A DNA stretch of 59,270 nucleotides from Candidatus Zixiibacteriota bacterium (GTDB taxonomy: Bacteria > Zixibacteria > MSB-5A5 > UBA10806). This document shows, one piece after another, positions 45,241 through 54,670 of this stretch. The notes under the pieces were generated by a model. The model was given only the letters and a program-made list of their open reading frames with translations, made no database searches and was not told the DNA's origin. Where the stretch lies: assembly GCA_036481315.1 (NCBI GenBank), contig JAZGHS010000123.1, positions 1 through 59,270 on the forward strand, read 5' to 3'. The stretch's first letter is position 1. Each line of letters starts with the position of its first letter. The translations under genes and the position numbers were made by a program.

Positions 45241-46950
45241 ATGGCAAAAATGTCCAAGGATTTGACACCAAAATCACAATATGAGACCACCAGCAAAATC
45301 AGCATTGCATCGGAACTCAAAAAGTTTTCCGCCCCGAAGACCGATTTCAGAATCGGGGATAGCGATGAGATAGCGCTTGGCCGCGATGATCTACGGGCTC
45401 TATACGAAGTTGCCAAAGCGGTAAACTCGTCATTGATTCTGGATGAGATCCTGATTATCGTGATGAAGAAATCTATCGAATTGCTCAAGGCCGAAAGAGG
45501 CTTTTTGATGCTTCTCGATTCCGACGGGGAATTACAATTTAAAACCGCTCATAATATTAATAAAAGCGAACTGAAAAAAAGCGATCTTCAGATATCATCC
45601 TCAATCGCGGCCGGAGTCGTTCAGGACGGGAAATCGATTTACACCGCCGACGCCATGACCGACAAGCGATTCGCGCATAAACAATCGGTACTGGAGATGA
45701 ATATACGTTCGGCTATGTGTGTACCCTTGAGAATCAAAGACCAGATAATAGGAGTCGTTTATCTGGATAATTCCGCGGGAGCAAACATATTTTTAAAATC
45801 CGATCTGTACCTGTTTGAGTTATTCGCCGATCAGGCGGCTTTGGCAATTCATAACGCCCAATTATACTCCGACGTTTTCGATCTTCAAAGATTGCAGGAA
45901 GCCATTCTGGATAAAACCCCCGTTGGGATCATGGTTCTGGCCGAAAACGGAAGGATGGTATCCTATAATAACGTGGCGTATACCTTACTTCAAAAAGCAG
46001 ATCTTTTACCTATCGAAGACTCCGAGGAATTGGTGAATAATAATTTTCTAGAAAGGCTCTCGGAATCAGAAATAGAATTTTTCCGCGATAATATCGCCAA
46101 ATCCGCGTTTCAACCCGTTGAGATACTTTCGAGAAGATTGAAGACTCGGACCGAGGATATAGTATTCCGTTACAAGTTTTCTCCTTTTCTTCATGTCGAC
46201 GAGGGTTTCAACGGGAGGATTATAGTAATAGAGGATATCACCGAAAAAGTCCTTTTAGAGCAATTTTTAATTCTGTCGGAGAAGATGGCGGCTAAAGGGG
46301 AGATGGCCGCGGCGATCGGACACGAATTAAACAATTATCTAACCTCTATATCGGTCAACGCCCAGTTACTGAGCAAAGTAATTGAAAAGGGGCAAACCGA
46401 GAAAATCCCGGTGAAAGTTAACGCCATTCTCGACGGTATCGACAAGATGAAAAGGTTTACCACCGGGTTGATGGACTATTCCGCTCTGGAGGTGACAAAG
46501 TCTTATCACAACATCGTATCGGTAATCGACGAGGTTGTTTTCTTCGTCAAACCACTTGAGAAATTCAAGAAAATAACCGTCGAGGCCAACATCCAGCAAT
46601 CTATCCCCGAAGTCTCGATTGATGTCGGGCAGATAAATCAGGTCATTCTGAATCTCCTGATGAACGCCGCCGAAGCAATAGGGGATTCCGGGATTAAGAG
46701 AGGGCAGATTAATATCAATGTCAGGCTAGACGGGTGCTGCTTGCTGATTTTAATTTCGGATAACGGACCCGGAATAAGCGAAGAGATATTTTCCAATCTG
46801 TTTATGCCGCATATTACATCGAAAAAATCCGGCCATGGGCTGGGGCTTTCTACAAGTCTCAGGATAATGAAAAACCATGGCGGAGATATTTCGGTATCGA
46901 ACAACCAATCGGGGGGCGCCACTTTCACCGTGTCGCTTCCGTTGGAGTGA
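45241..46950 (+). CDS. GAF/PAS sensor histidine kinase
   Basis: GAF-like region (..RGFLMLLD.DGEL.F..A..). PAS-like region. H-box AAAIGHELNNYL, N-box LNLLMNAAEA, and G-boxes DNGPGI and GHGLGLS. Confidence 0.85.
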   Translation: MAKMSKDLTPKSQYETTSKISIASELKKFSAPKTDFRIGDSDEIALGRDDLRALYEVAKAVNSSLILDEILIIVMKKSIELLKAERGFLMLLDSDGELQFKTAHNINKSELKKSDLQISSSIAAGVVQDGKSIYTADAMTDKRFAHKQSVLEMNIRSAMCVPLRIKDQIIGVVYLDNSAGANIFLKSDLYLFELFADQAALAIHNAQLYSDVFDLQRLQEAILDKTPVGIMVLAENGRMVSYNNVAYTLLQKADLLPIEDSEELVNNNFLERLSESEIEFFRDNIAKSAFQPVEILSRRLKTRTEDIVFRYKFSPFLHVDEGFNGRIIVIEDITEKVLLEQFLILSEKMAAKGEMAAAIGHELNNYLTSISVNAQLLSKVIEKGQTEKIPVKVNAILDGIDKMKRFTTGLMDYSALEVTKSYHNIVSVIDEVVFFVKPLEKFKKITVEANIQQSIPEVSIDVGQINQVILNLLMNAAEAIGDSGIKRGQININVRLDGCCLLILISDNGPGISEEIFSNLFMPHITSKKSGHGLGLSTSLRIMKNHGGDISVSNNQSGGATFTVSLPLE

Positions 46951-46954
46951 CGTA

Positions 46955-49900
46955 GTGGACGATCGCCTTATCAAGGGGCGATACAAGCTGCTGGGATTAA
47001 CCGGCGAAGGAGGGCTCGCCCGTGTCTTCCGCGCCGTAGATAACTTTACAGATAATGAAGTTGCTGTAAAGGAGATTAGGGATGATGACCCGGCCGTAAT
47101 CGAATCGGTCGAAAGGGAATATCGATTCGCCGCCCTCAATAGTCATCCGTCCCTTGTTCCCACCTTATCGATATGCCGGGACAGCAAATCTGTTATTACG
47201 GTTATGCCTTTTATCGAGGGCATCGATTTACGTACATTCCCGAATCGTTGTTCGATGAATGAATACCAGATCGACCGGATCATTGTCTCTTTATTAGAAG
47301 CCGCCGCGTTTATTCATTTTTCCGGCCATATTTACAACGACTTCAAACCCGAAAACATACTGATTTCCGGGGATATAAAAGAGGGGTCCCGGAAAATCCC
47401 CCGGCTTGTGCTTCTGGATTATAATCTTATATCGGCTATCGGAGAGAACGTTTCCAAGCGAGGAACAATCGAATACGTGGCGCCGGAAATACTGCTCGGG
47501 CAACAGCCCGATCTATATTCCGATCTTTACTCCCTCGGAGTAGTAATCTACGAGCTTCTTTCAGGGGCGGTACCGTTCTCGTCGAAATCCACCGATAAGC
47601 TGATCAAGCTTATTACAGAGGACGGTTCGATCGATTATTCAAAGATACCCGAAAAATACAGGGATGGCTTAAGAGCTCTTCTCGCTAGGGATATCGCTCA
47701 AAGACCATCGGGTGCACGCGAGGCCGCCGGCACCTTTAGTCTTGAATCGATATTCGATTCGCTGTACCGGACGAGAATAGACCACTATCTTTCAGCGGGA
47801 ATTCCACCGTTCAACCGGGATCTCGCCGTAAGTTTCGAAAGCTATTTGAAGGGAATGTCCTGCAAGATTTTCTCCATCCGTTCGCTTAATCATAATCGCA
47901 TGGCGATTAATTATCTGGCAGCCGAGTATGAGTTGAGAGGTTACAACGTATGGCGAATCGGGCCGGAGATGAGACCGGATAACGCTTTAGATTATCTTAA
48001 GAAAATCAAATCGTGGCGAAATGACTACTCCGATGGGAAATCTATATTATTAATCGATCATCTCGAAGCTCTGGATAATACAGTGCTCTCATATCTGAGG
48101 AGCACGGCAGGCCCCGCTAACGGTCTTCCGGTAGCGGCGGGTGTCAATAGGTGGATCGAACCTGCTATTTCAACCGACGTTTTCGATCCTTTAAAAAATC
48201 AAACGAAAATCGGCGCCACCGCGACATCACTGAAAGCATACCTGAAAAAAGAAGATCTCGATTTTAACTTCGACGATCTTTCCCGCTGTTCAGGCGGTGA
48301 CCCGACTATGGTTTATCTTCACCTTAAATACGCTCTCCTGGAAAACGGTCCCGTCACGCTTTCTAAGAGTTTCGATGATCGCATACGAATCGAGGCCCTC
48401 CCTGTAACAGCGCGAGATAAGATAATCGCCCGGATATTCGATTCTCTGAGGGATGATCAAATCGACATACTAAAAAAACTCTCCGTTTGGGGAGATTCGA
48501 TCCCCATGCTCATCCTGGCGGCTTTAGGCCGCGGGAAACAGATGTTAATCGATGAGTTACTCAAGTCGGGACGTTTGATTCCCGAAAAGGACGCTGTATC
48601 TTTTTCGTCGGGTAATGCCAGGGATTTTGTTTGCGAAAGCGTACCTGATGAAGAGAAAAGACGTTATCACGGTTTCTGGGCCGAGGCTGTAGAAGAGTGG
48701 TTATCGGAGACCGACGATTACATCGAATCCGCCGCTTGCCATTGGGGAGGATCGGAGGATATTTGTCGGGGATATAAGGCTAATTATATTGCCGCGCTTG
48801 AGTTTTTCAAAAAGGGCGAGCTCTCAAAAGCGGAATTTTACGCCGATAAAACGCAGGTCTTGGCGGAGGCTGGTGGGGGCTCCGTCGCCGATTCCCTGGC
48901 TGTCTACGCTGACATTTATAAAGAGAAGGGCGATTATAGATCAGCTCGCGTGAAATACCTCGAGTTATTAAGAAATATCAGGCTCAAAGGAGACAAGGAG
49001 TTTGAAGCTAAAACGGATAAGAATCTCGGGGATTTATATCGGTCGATTAGGAAGACCAGAAAAGCGGTATATTATATCAACGCCGCGCTGAAACTATATA
49101 TGGAATTGGGTGATGATCAGGGTGTCGCCGATTGTAATAACAATATCGGATTGACTTACTGGATCGACGAACAATACGATAAAGCACTGGAATCATTTTC
49201 GAAAGCGTTTGAGGCAAATAGAAAAGTCAATAATCAGCGAGAACTTGCCAAAATTCAATCCAATCAGGGGATTATCAAGGATATTGTCGGAAAAACAAAA
49301 GAGGTTGCCGATCATTTCATCAAGGCGCTTCGCTACGCCTCGGAGTCCGATGACCCAAGGTTAGAAGCGCTGATTTCGAATAATCTCGGGTATTTTTATA
49401 TCAGGCAGGGTGAATACAAAGAGGCCAATAAGTATCTTCGCGCCACCCTGGCGATCTCGGAAAAAATAGGCTATACCGAGGGAGTTATAAACTCGCTTTC
49501 CAATCTGGGTTTGAGCTACTTACGGTCGGGCGATCTTTTCGCGGCTGTTGATTTCGACCAGAAAGCGCTTGAAACGGCAGAGTCGTTGGGAAGCAGGCAT
49601 CTCGCCGCCTCGGCGGAACTCTATCTGGCCGAGGCCTGTATCCTCATGGGGAATTACTCACTAGCCGATAGCGTTTTGAGTTCGATAGAAGCGGGTAAAG
49701 CGATCGAAGAAGATAAATCGTTGAAATCGCAAACAGAATTACTGCGCTCCGGATTGATGATCTCACTGGGGGACACATGTTCTGCACACGATTTCGCCGC
49801 GAGGGTTTTACTGGAAGCGGAATCGGTCGGAGATACGAGGCTCAAGATCGAGGCTGAACTCTCTTTAGCCAGAGCATTTCTCGATGATCGTAAACATGGC

Positions 49901-50413
49901 GCTTTGGTCGGATTGTCAGAGGCGGCGGAAACAGCATCGACCCTGGGACACGATGACCTTTTATCTGCCGCCGGTATTTTACTGGCCTCCTTTTATACTC
50001 TAAAAGAGGATTTTTTTAATGCCGAGGGTTGGCTGGATCGCGTTCTTTTATCCCAGGATCTTACCAGGGAGTCTCTTATCAAAGCGAAAATACTGGTCTC
50101 GGATCTTTATCGACTTAATGGAAGGTATGACGACGCTCTCGAGATCCTTTACGAAATCGAGAGTTTAGCGGCGGTCTCGGGATTTGTTCCTCTCGCTTTT
50201 AGAGCCGCGGTAATCTTATCCGAAATATTCCTGGCCTGTTCTAAACTTTCCAGACTCAAGGAAACTATCGATAGGGCTCTTTCCTATAGAGCCAAACTGC
50301 TCTCGGCGTTACCGGAATCCGCTTCCGCGTCAACTCTCGAACAGACATCATATATGAAACGTTTTAGTTCCGTAATTACGAAGACCGACAATAAAGTATT
50401 TTTAAGTGTCTAA
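46955..50413 (+). CDS. Atypical (non-RD) Ser/Thr kinase domain protein with long TPR-rich C-terminal region
   Basis: GEGGLARV, AVKE, YNDFKPEN (in place of HRDLKPEN), DYN (in place of DFG) and VAPE. Many TPR-like repeats in the C-terminal 600 aa. I chose the GTG at 46955, 8 nt after GGAG and 5 nt after the HK stop, over the overlapping track start at 46877. Confidence 0.8.
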   Translation: MDDRLIKGRYKLLGLTGEGGLARVFRAVDNFTDNEVAVKEIRDDDPAVIESVEREYRFAALNSHPSLVPTLSICRDSKSVITVMPFIEGIDLRTFPNRCSMNEYQIDRIIVSLLEAAAFIHFSGHIYNDFKPENILISGDIKEGSRKIPRLVLLDYNLISAIGENVSKRGTIEYVAPEILLGQQPDLYSDLYSLGVVIYELLSGAVPFSSKSTDKLIKLITEDGSIDYSKIPEKYRDGLRALLARDIAQRPSGAREAAGTFSLESIFDSLYRTRIDHYLSAGIPPFNRDLAVSFESYLKGMSCKIFSIRSLNHNRMAINYLAAEYELRGYNVWRIGPEMRPDNALDYLKKIKSWRNDYSDGKSILLIDHLEALDNTVLSYLRSTAGPANGLPVAAGVNRWIEPAISTDVFDPLKNQTKIGATATSLKAYLKKEDLDFNFDDLSRCSGGDPTMVYLHLKYALLENGPVTLSKSFDDRIRIEALPVTARDKIIARIFDSLRDDQIDILKKLSVWGDSIPMLILAALGRGKQMLIDELLKSGRLIPEKDAVSFSSGNARDFVCESVPDEEKRRYHGFWAEAVEEWLSETDDYIESAACHWGGSEDICRGYKANYIAALEFFKKGELSKAEFYADKTQVLAEAGGGSVADSLAVYADIYKEKGDYRSARVKYLELLRNIRLKGDKEFEAKTDKNLGDLYRSIRKTRKAVYYINAALKLYMELGDDQGVADCNNNIGLTYWIDEQYDKALESFSKAFEANRKVNNQRELAKIQSNQGIIKDIVGKTKEVADHFIKALRYASESDDPRLEALISNNLGYFYIRQGEYKEANKYLRATLAISEKIGYTEGVINSLSNLGLSYLRSGDLFAAVDFDQKALETAESLGSRHLAASAELYLAEACILMGNYSLADSVLSSIEAGKAIEEDKSLKSQTELLRSGLMISLGDTCSAHDFAARVLLEAESVGDTRLKIEAELSLARAFLDDRKHGALVGLSEAAETASTLGHDDLLSAAGILLASFYTLKEDFFNAEGWLDRVLLSQDLTRESLIKAKILVSDLYRLNGRYDDALEILYEIESLAAVSGFVPLAFRAAVILSEIFLACSKLSRLKETIDRALSYRAKLLSALPESASASTLEQTSYMKRFSSVITKTDNKVFLSV

Positions 50414-50420
50414 TTAAAAA

Positions 50421-50438
50421 GGGCCGCTTACGCGGCCC
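50421..50438. terminator. Shared hairpin terminator between convergent genes
   Basis: GGGCCGC-TTAC-GCGGCCC. The AAAAA on the left gives a U-tract for the minus-strand small ORF. It lies 8 nt after the kinase stop. Confidence 0.6.
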
Positions 50439-50456
50439 GGTGTCTCAAGTAGAAAA

Positions 50457-50534
50457 TCAGGAACCTGCCCCAATATAACCACCCGGGGCAATTCTTTCCT
50501 CGAGTTCCTCAATGACAAGGACTAATTCTACCAT
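50457..50534 (-). CDS. Candidate 25-aa peptide gene (MVELVLVIEELEERIAPGGYIGAGS)
   Basis: ATG 6 nt after GGAGGA. TATAAT box (50569-50564, minus strand) 29 nt upstream of the ATG. The terminator hairpin begins 18 nt after the TGA. It is too short for the ORF track. Confidence 0.4.
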   Translation of the reverse strand: MVELVLVIEELEERIAPGGYIGAGS

Positions 50535-51105
50535 TACCCTTCCTCCTTCCGGAGCTGTTGCGGATTATACCCTGTGCAGATCCTGCCGAGGCAATCTCCG
50601 GTTTAATTGCCACACCGGACCTAAATTTGTTTAAAAATGAAACGATTATCAGTCGATCTGTCAAGAGGAAAATGCAAACTATTACAAAAATGATGAAAAG
50701 GATTTCACCATGCTACCCCCCCCGGAAAAAACGTCAATCAGCTAACTGCATGATACATAATTACTTATATTTTTAGACGGGATTTCGTCAACGGGTTATC
50801 GAATTTCTTTATTATTATGTCAACTTCTTGCTATATATTATGTTAACTAATCCACGGTCAAGGAAACCGGCGCTTGCCATGGAATAACGCGGGTAATTAT
50901 TGAACTTTTCAAAGATTATAATCCGGCACTTTTTAATAAATATGTAATTTATAGACACTTTTTTCCGTTAGCTCAAGCAGGCTGGAATAAACAATGCTCT
51001 TATTGATTTGATAAAAAGGGTGTTTGACCGGATCTATCGATTTCTATGTCATTAAAGGGTGCCTAATGAGGCGATAGGCCCTACATAAAATTGTACAAAA
51101 AATAC

Positions 51106-51133
51106 TTGACATAACGCTCTTAAATCTTATATT
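51106..51133 (+). promoter_or_regulatory. Sigma70-type promoter candidate ahead of the cohesin/dockerin cluster
   Basis: TTGACA (51106-51111), 16-nt spacer, TATATT (51128-51133). It leaves a ~285-nt leader before 51418. Confidence 0.45.
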
Positions 51134-51417
51134 TTCCCATGCCTGAAGTAATTCCGCGGTAACTACGTGGTACTTGACGCTTCGCTTCAATGGCCAGGAA
51201 TTGGGTGGATTAAGTAAAACAATTTCTTAAAGGTGTTACGGTCAAGGGGGAGGTTTTTTCCTCGGCCTTGAAAGGACAGCTTTTATGATTACTATCGACG
51301 GTTCTGTTTCCGAGAAAACCTTGATCAGGTGGTTTGTTGCAGTTTCAGAAGAAGCGAAAATTGGTTATAAATATAGTCATCAACCCATAATAACTGAGTA
51401 TCTCGCAAAAGGGGAAA

Positions 51418-52197
51418 ATGGGAGAAAAGCTTAGTATGAGAAGAACTGTCGAAGCCTTTGTAGTTTTGCTGTTTACGACATTCGCGAGCGTTTATGGACA
51501 GGAGTATTGCGTCCCCGAGGATGGGCAGTATCCGCCTGAAGCCGACGTGACATTGACAATCGGTTCGCCGTGCGACTCATCGGAGATTGTCGGCATTCCA
51601 ATCTATCTCGATAACCCTTGTCCTGTTGGCGGTTTCGAAATGGAGATCGTCCTAACCGACCCCAACTTGGGCGTATATTTTGATGAGACGAACCCCGATG
51701 TCGCCGATCTGATTGGCAGCAGAAATACCGAATGGGGGTTTTTCAGCTTCAATGTGAATAATCCGACGACAATTACCGTTCTGGCCATAGGTCCCGGAGG
51801 ATCTCAGCCTAGTTTGCCGCCAGGCACTGGTCTTTTATTCACAGTGCATCCCAGCCTGGAGGGCACGGTCGATAATTGCCAGATGGTTAGGTTCGGGGCT
51901 ATTGATCACGTTTTCGACGAATCGGGTTATGTCGAATATGGCAGGATTCACGAACAGGGCACTCTTTGTATCGGCTGTGAACCGTCCTGGAGAAGGGGCG
52001 ACGCCAATCGTTCCGGCACTCTTAATATCGCCGATGTCATAACCTTATTTAATCACCTCAGAGGTTCCCCCATATGTTTCGGAGGATGTATTTGTACCGG
52101 CGATTTTAACAATTCTGGATCTATTAATATCTCCGATGTTATCGATATGTTCACGTATTTGAAAGGACAGGGCGAACAACCTGTGCCCTGTAATTGA
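51418..52197 (+). CDS. Secreted cohesin-like + dockerin-like protein (no T9SS tail)
   Basis: Signal peptide. Cohesin-like SEIVGIPIYLDNPCPVGGFEMEIVLTDPNL. C-terminal dockerin pair GDANRSGTLNIADVITLFNHL and GDFNNSGSINISDVIDMFTYL. It ends ..PVPCN. Confidence 0.75.
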   Translation: MGEKLSMRRTVEAFVVLLFTTFASVYGQEYCVPEDGQYPPEADVTLTIGSPCDSSEIVGIPIYLDNPCPVGGFEMEIVLTDPNLGVYFDETNPDVADLIGSRNTEWGFFSFNVNNPTTITVLAIGPGGSQPSLPPGTGLLFTVHPSLEGTVDNCQMVRFGAIDHVFDESGYVEYGRIHEQGTLCIGCEPSWRRGDANRSGTLNIADVITLFNHLRGSPICFGGCICTGDFNNSGSINISDVIDMFTYLKGQGEQPVPCN

Positions 52198-52338
52198 TTT
52201 AGTAGTTTTTTGTTTACGAATATGATTTTAAAAATACCTGATTTCTTTGTGAAGGGGGTGAGAGCCTAGAGAAAAGAGAGACTATTAAGAGGGGAATTCG
52301 TATGTTTGCGTGGAAAGGGAGTTCCATATCCGGCAAAC

Positions 52339-52364
52339 AAGGCGTTAATTGTTAACGCCTTTTA
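52339..52364 (+). terminator. Hairpin (terminator/attenuator) between the first two cluster genes
   Basis: AAGGCGTTAA-TTG-TTAACGCCTT followed by TT(A). It sits about 35 nt upstream of the AAGGAG RBS of the 52400 gene. Confidence 0.45.
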
Positions 52365-52399
52365 CACAATAGTTTTGATGATTATTTAAGGAGTAAAAC

Positions 52400-54616
52400 A
52401 TGAAAAAATTGTTGCTGTTGGCTTTAGCTGTCGCTTTAATGTTCAGCTTAGCTTCGGCTCAAAACGCTAAGATGGTGGTTGGTCCGCTCAATGGTGATGA
52501 CGCCGGCGAATTAATCGTGACAAATGGTTCGGCCGTTACTATTCCCGTATTTGTGCGTACCGCTCCTGGTATCAACATTATCGGTGGTCACTGGGCGATT
52601 GCCACTAAAGATCAGCATGTCGCTTCCCGTGACGGCTGGGGTTACGATTTCTATCCGTTCACCGATCAGGGAGAGGGCAATGATTGGCAGTCGATGACTG
52701 TTCTTGCCGCCACAGCTGATCTCGTAATACCGGATTATACATACCAGGGATTACTCATGGTTAAGGATTTCCCCAGAGATCCTTTCCCGGAATGGGGAAT
52801 TAATACCGATGGCGCATGGTGGCAGGTCGCCGAAATATACATGACCACCACCGAAGAGAATGAATTTGATCTTCCCTTCTGTGACGCTTTCGAGATTGGT
52901 ACAGATGGCGGTCCTGGTGGCAACGGTGCCATGGTATGGGCCGAATTCAGCCAGGGAGAGCTGGATCCTGAAAGTATCGAATACAGTTTTTCCTGCCTGA
53001 CTTTCACCAGTAACACCGATCCCGTATGGTGTGAGCTTACTTCAGAGTATTGCGGTGATGCCGGTTTCGAAGTTTGCTTCGATCTCTGCGGCACCGATGC
53101 CAACCTCGATAACGACCTGCATATCGTTCAGGTCGGCGGCGAAGGCACTTACACCGAAGCAGAAGGTGGTGAAGGCGGCGTAACTTCCGGTACATGGTGT
53201 GGTACTCTTGAAGCTGGTACTTATGTTCTCGATTTCGAACTTCAAGATGGTGCCGGCCCTCCATTCCCGATGTCGTTTACCGTAAATGTTGGTGATATCG
53301 CTATGGATATCGCTAATGTCAGCGGATTCGGCGGCGGAACGGTTTCTGTTCCGGTAACTCTTCATACCTGCGCGTTTGAAATGGGCGGCCTGGAAGCTTA
53401 TGTCGGTTGGGATCCTACAGCCGTAACACTGACAGGCGTTACTCCTACCGGTCGTATTGACGACGGTAACGAGTATTTCAATGTCAACTTCAGTGACCCC
53501 TGCGAAGAGTGTCCTGATGATGACGCGGTAAGGATCACCTGGATCTCCGATATCAATAATGGTGTCGATCACGCTCCGGCTTATCCGGGCGACGATCCTA
53601 TCGTTATGCTGCATTTCGCGATTTCCGATGATCTTCCTTGGGGAATGGTTATTCCGATTAATTTCCTGATCCCGCATTATTCGGACAACACGGTATCCGA
53701 CGAAAGCGGTTATGTTTGGTTCCGTCCTGCGTTGACCGATGGTTCGATCACAGTTATCGATCCTTCGACCTACAAGGGTGACCCCAACATGAACGGTTGG
53801 TTCTATGAAGTCGGTGACGCGGTATTGGTTGCCCGTCGTCTGATCAGTGGCTACGGCGTCTGGTCTGAGAACGGTTCCGGCGATGACGCTATCCAGGAAG
53901 CTTCGTCTGACCTGAATAACAACGGTGTTACTGATGTTGCCGACCTCGTTCGCTTCATCAATATCATTAATGGTACTATCAATCCTCCGAAACTAGATCC
54001 TGCCTCTGCCGTTGCTGAGGTTAGTATCTCTTCGGTGATTGAGGATAATATTGAAGTTACCATCAATTCCGGTTTGGATATTGGTGGCGTACTTCTTTCG
54101 ATCGACCATTCCGGAGTTGAGATCGGCACACCGGTCGCCAACGGCATGAACTTCCTCGCGGAAGACAAAGACGGCGTCTTAAACGTTGTCGTTTATTCCA
54201 TCGAGGGTAATACCCTTGCCGCCGGCAATACGAATGTCATCTCCATCCCGGTTATCTCGAACAACAATGGTTCGATTGAGATCGTGGAAGCTTCATCTGC
54301 CGACGCTTACGGACGTCTGCTGGAGACCACCGCTTTGGTGATTACTCCTCTGCCGACTGAGTACGCTGTTGAGCAGAATTACCCGAACCCCTTCAACGCC
54401 AAGACCATGATCAGCTTCGATATGCCTGAGGCCAATGACGTTACCGTAGATATCTACAGCGTCACCGGTCAGCTAGTCGAGTCGATCTCCGGTCATTATG
54501 AAGCCGGTTCGCATTCGGTCAATTGGGATGCTTCTAATGTTGCTTCCGGTGTTTACTTCTACAAAGTAGCCACCGACAGCTTCTCGCAGACCATGAAAAT
54601 GACCTTGCTGAAGTAA
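52400..54616 (+). CDS. Secreted multi-module cohesin-like/dockerin-like protein with T9SS tail
   Basis: Signal peptide ..SLASAQ. The N-terminal domain is homologous to that of the 37688 gene. Cohesin-like GGGTVSVPVTLHTCAFEMGGLEAYVGWDP. Dockerin-like GDPNMNGWFYEVGDAVLVARRL and SDLNNNGVTDVADLVRFINII. A second cohesin-like module follows. Tail QNYPNPFNAKTMISFDMP..GVYFYKVATDSFSQTMKMTLLK. Confidence 0.85.
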   Translation: MKKLLLLALAVALMFSLASAQNAKMVVGPLNGDDAGELIVTNGSAVTIPVFVRTAPGINIIGGHWAIATKDQHVASRDGWGYDFYPFTDQGEGNDWQSMTVLAATADLVIPDYTYQGLLMVKDFPRDPFPEWGINTDGAWWQVAEIYMTTTEENEFDLPFCDAFEIGTDGGPGGNGAMVWAEFSQGELDPESIEYSFSCLTFTSNTDPVWCELTSEYCGDAGFEVCFDLCGTDANLDNDLHIVQVGGEGTYTEAEGGEGGVTSGTWCGTLEAGTYVLDFELQDGAGPPFPMSFTVNVGDIAMDIANVSGFGGGTVSVPVTLHTCAFEMGGLEAYVGWDPTAVTLTGVTPTGRIDDGNEYFNVNFSDPCEECPDDDAVRITWISDINNGVDHAPAYPGDDPIVMLHFAISDDLPWGMVIPINFLIPHYSDNTVSDESGYVWFRPALTDGSITVIDPSTYKGDPNMNGWFYEVGDAVLVARRLISGYGVWSENGSGDDAIQEASSDLNNNGVTDVADLVRFINIINGTINPPKLDPASAVAEVSISSVIEDNIEVTINSGLDIGGVLLSIDHSGVEIGTPVANGMNFLAEDKDGVLNVVVYSIEGNTLAAGNTNVISIPVISNNNGSIEIVEASSADAYGRLLETTALVITPLPTEYAVEQNYPNPFNAKTMISFDMPEANDVTVDIYSVTGQLVESISGHYEAGSHSVNWDASNVASGVYFYKVATDSFSQTMKMTLLK

Positions 54617-54640
54617 TTCGAAGTTTCTTCGGAATTACGG

Positions 54641-54670
54641 GGATAAGAGAGGGTTTTCCCTCTCTTATCC
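54641..54670 (+). terminator. Strong hairpin after the 52400..54616 gene
   Basis: GGATAAGAGAGGG-TTTT-CCCTCTCTTATCC, a perfect 13-bp stem 25 nt after the stop. No clear U-tract follows. Confidence 0.55.

Noticed and set aside
46877-46954. Track start at 46877 for the kinase-TPR gene, overlapping the histidine kinase gene by 74 nt.
   Set aside because: The overlapping N-terminal 26 codons (MAEIFRYRTTNRGAPLSPCRFRWSDV) have no kinase homology and no RBS. The GTG at 46955 has GGAG at the right spacing and starts just before the Gly-loop region. The stop coordinate is unaffected.
50457-50534. Reading the small peptide as a classical double-glycine (C39-cleaved) bacteriocin leader.
   Set aside because: The register of the conserved hydrophobic and acidic positions relative to GG is off by one (..EELEERIAPGG versus LS..EL..I.GG), and the would-be core is only 6 aa. 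I kept it only as an unclassified peptide candidate.
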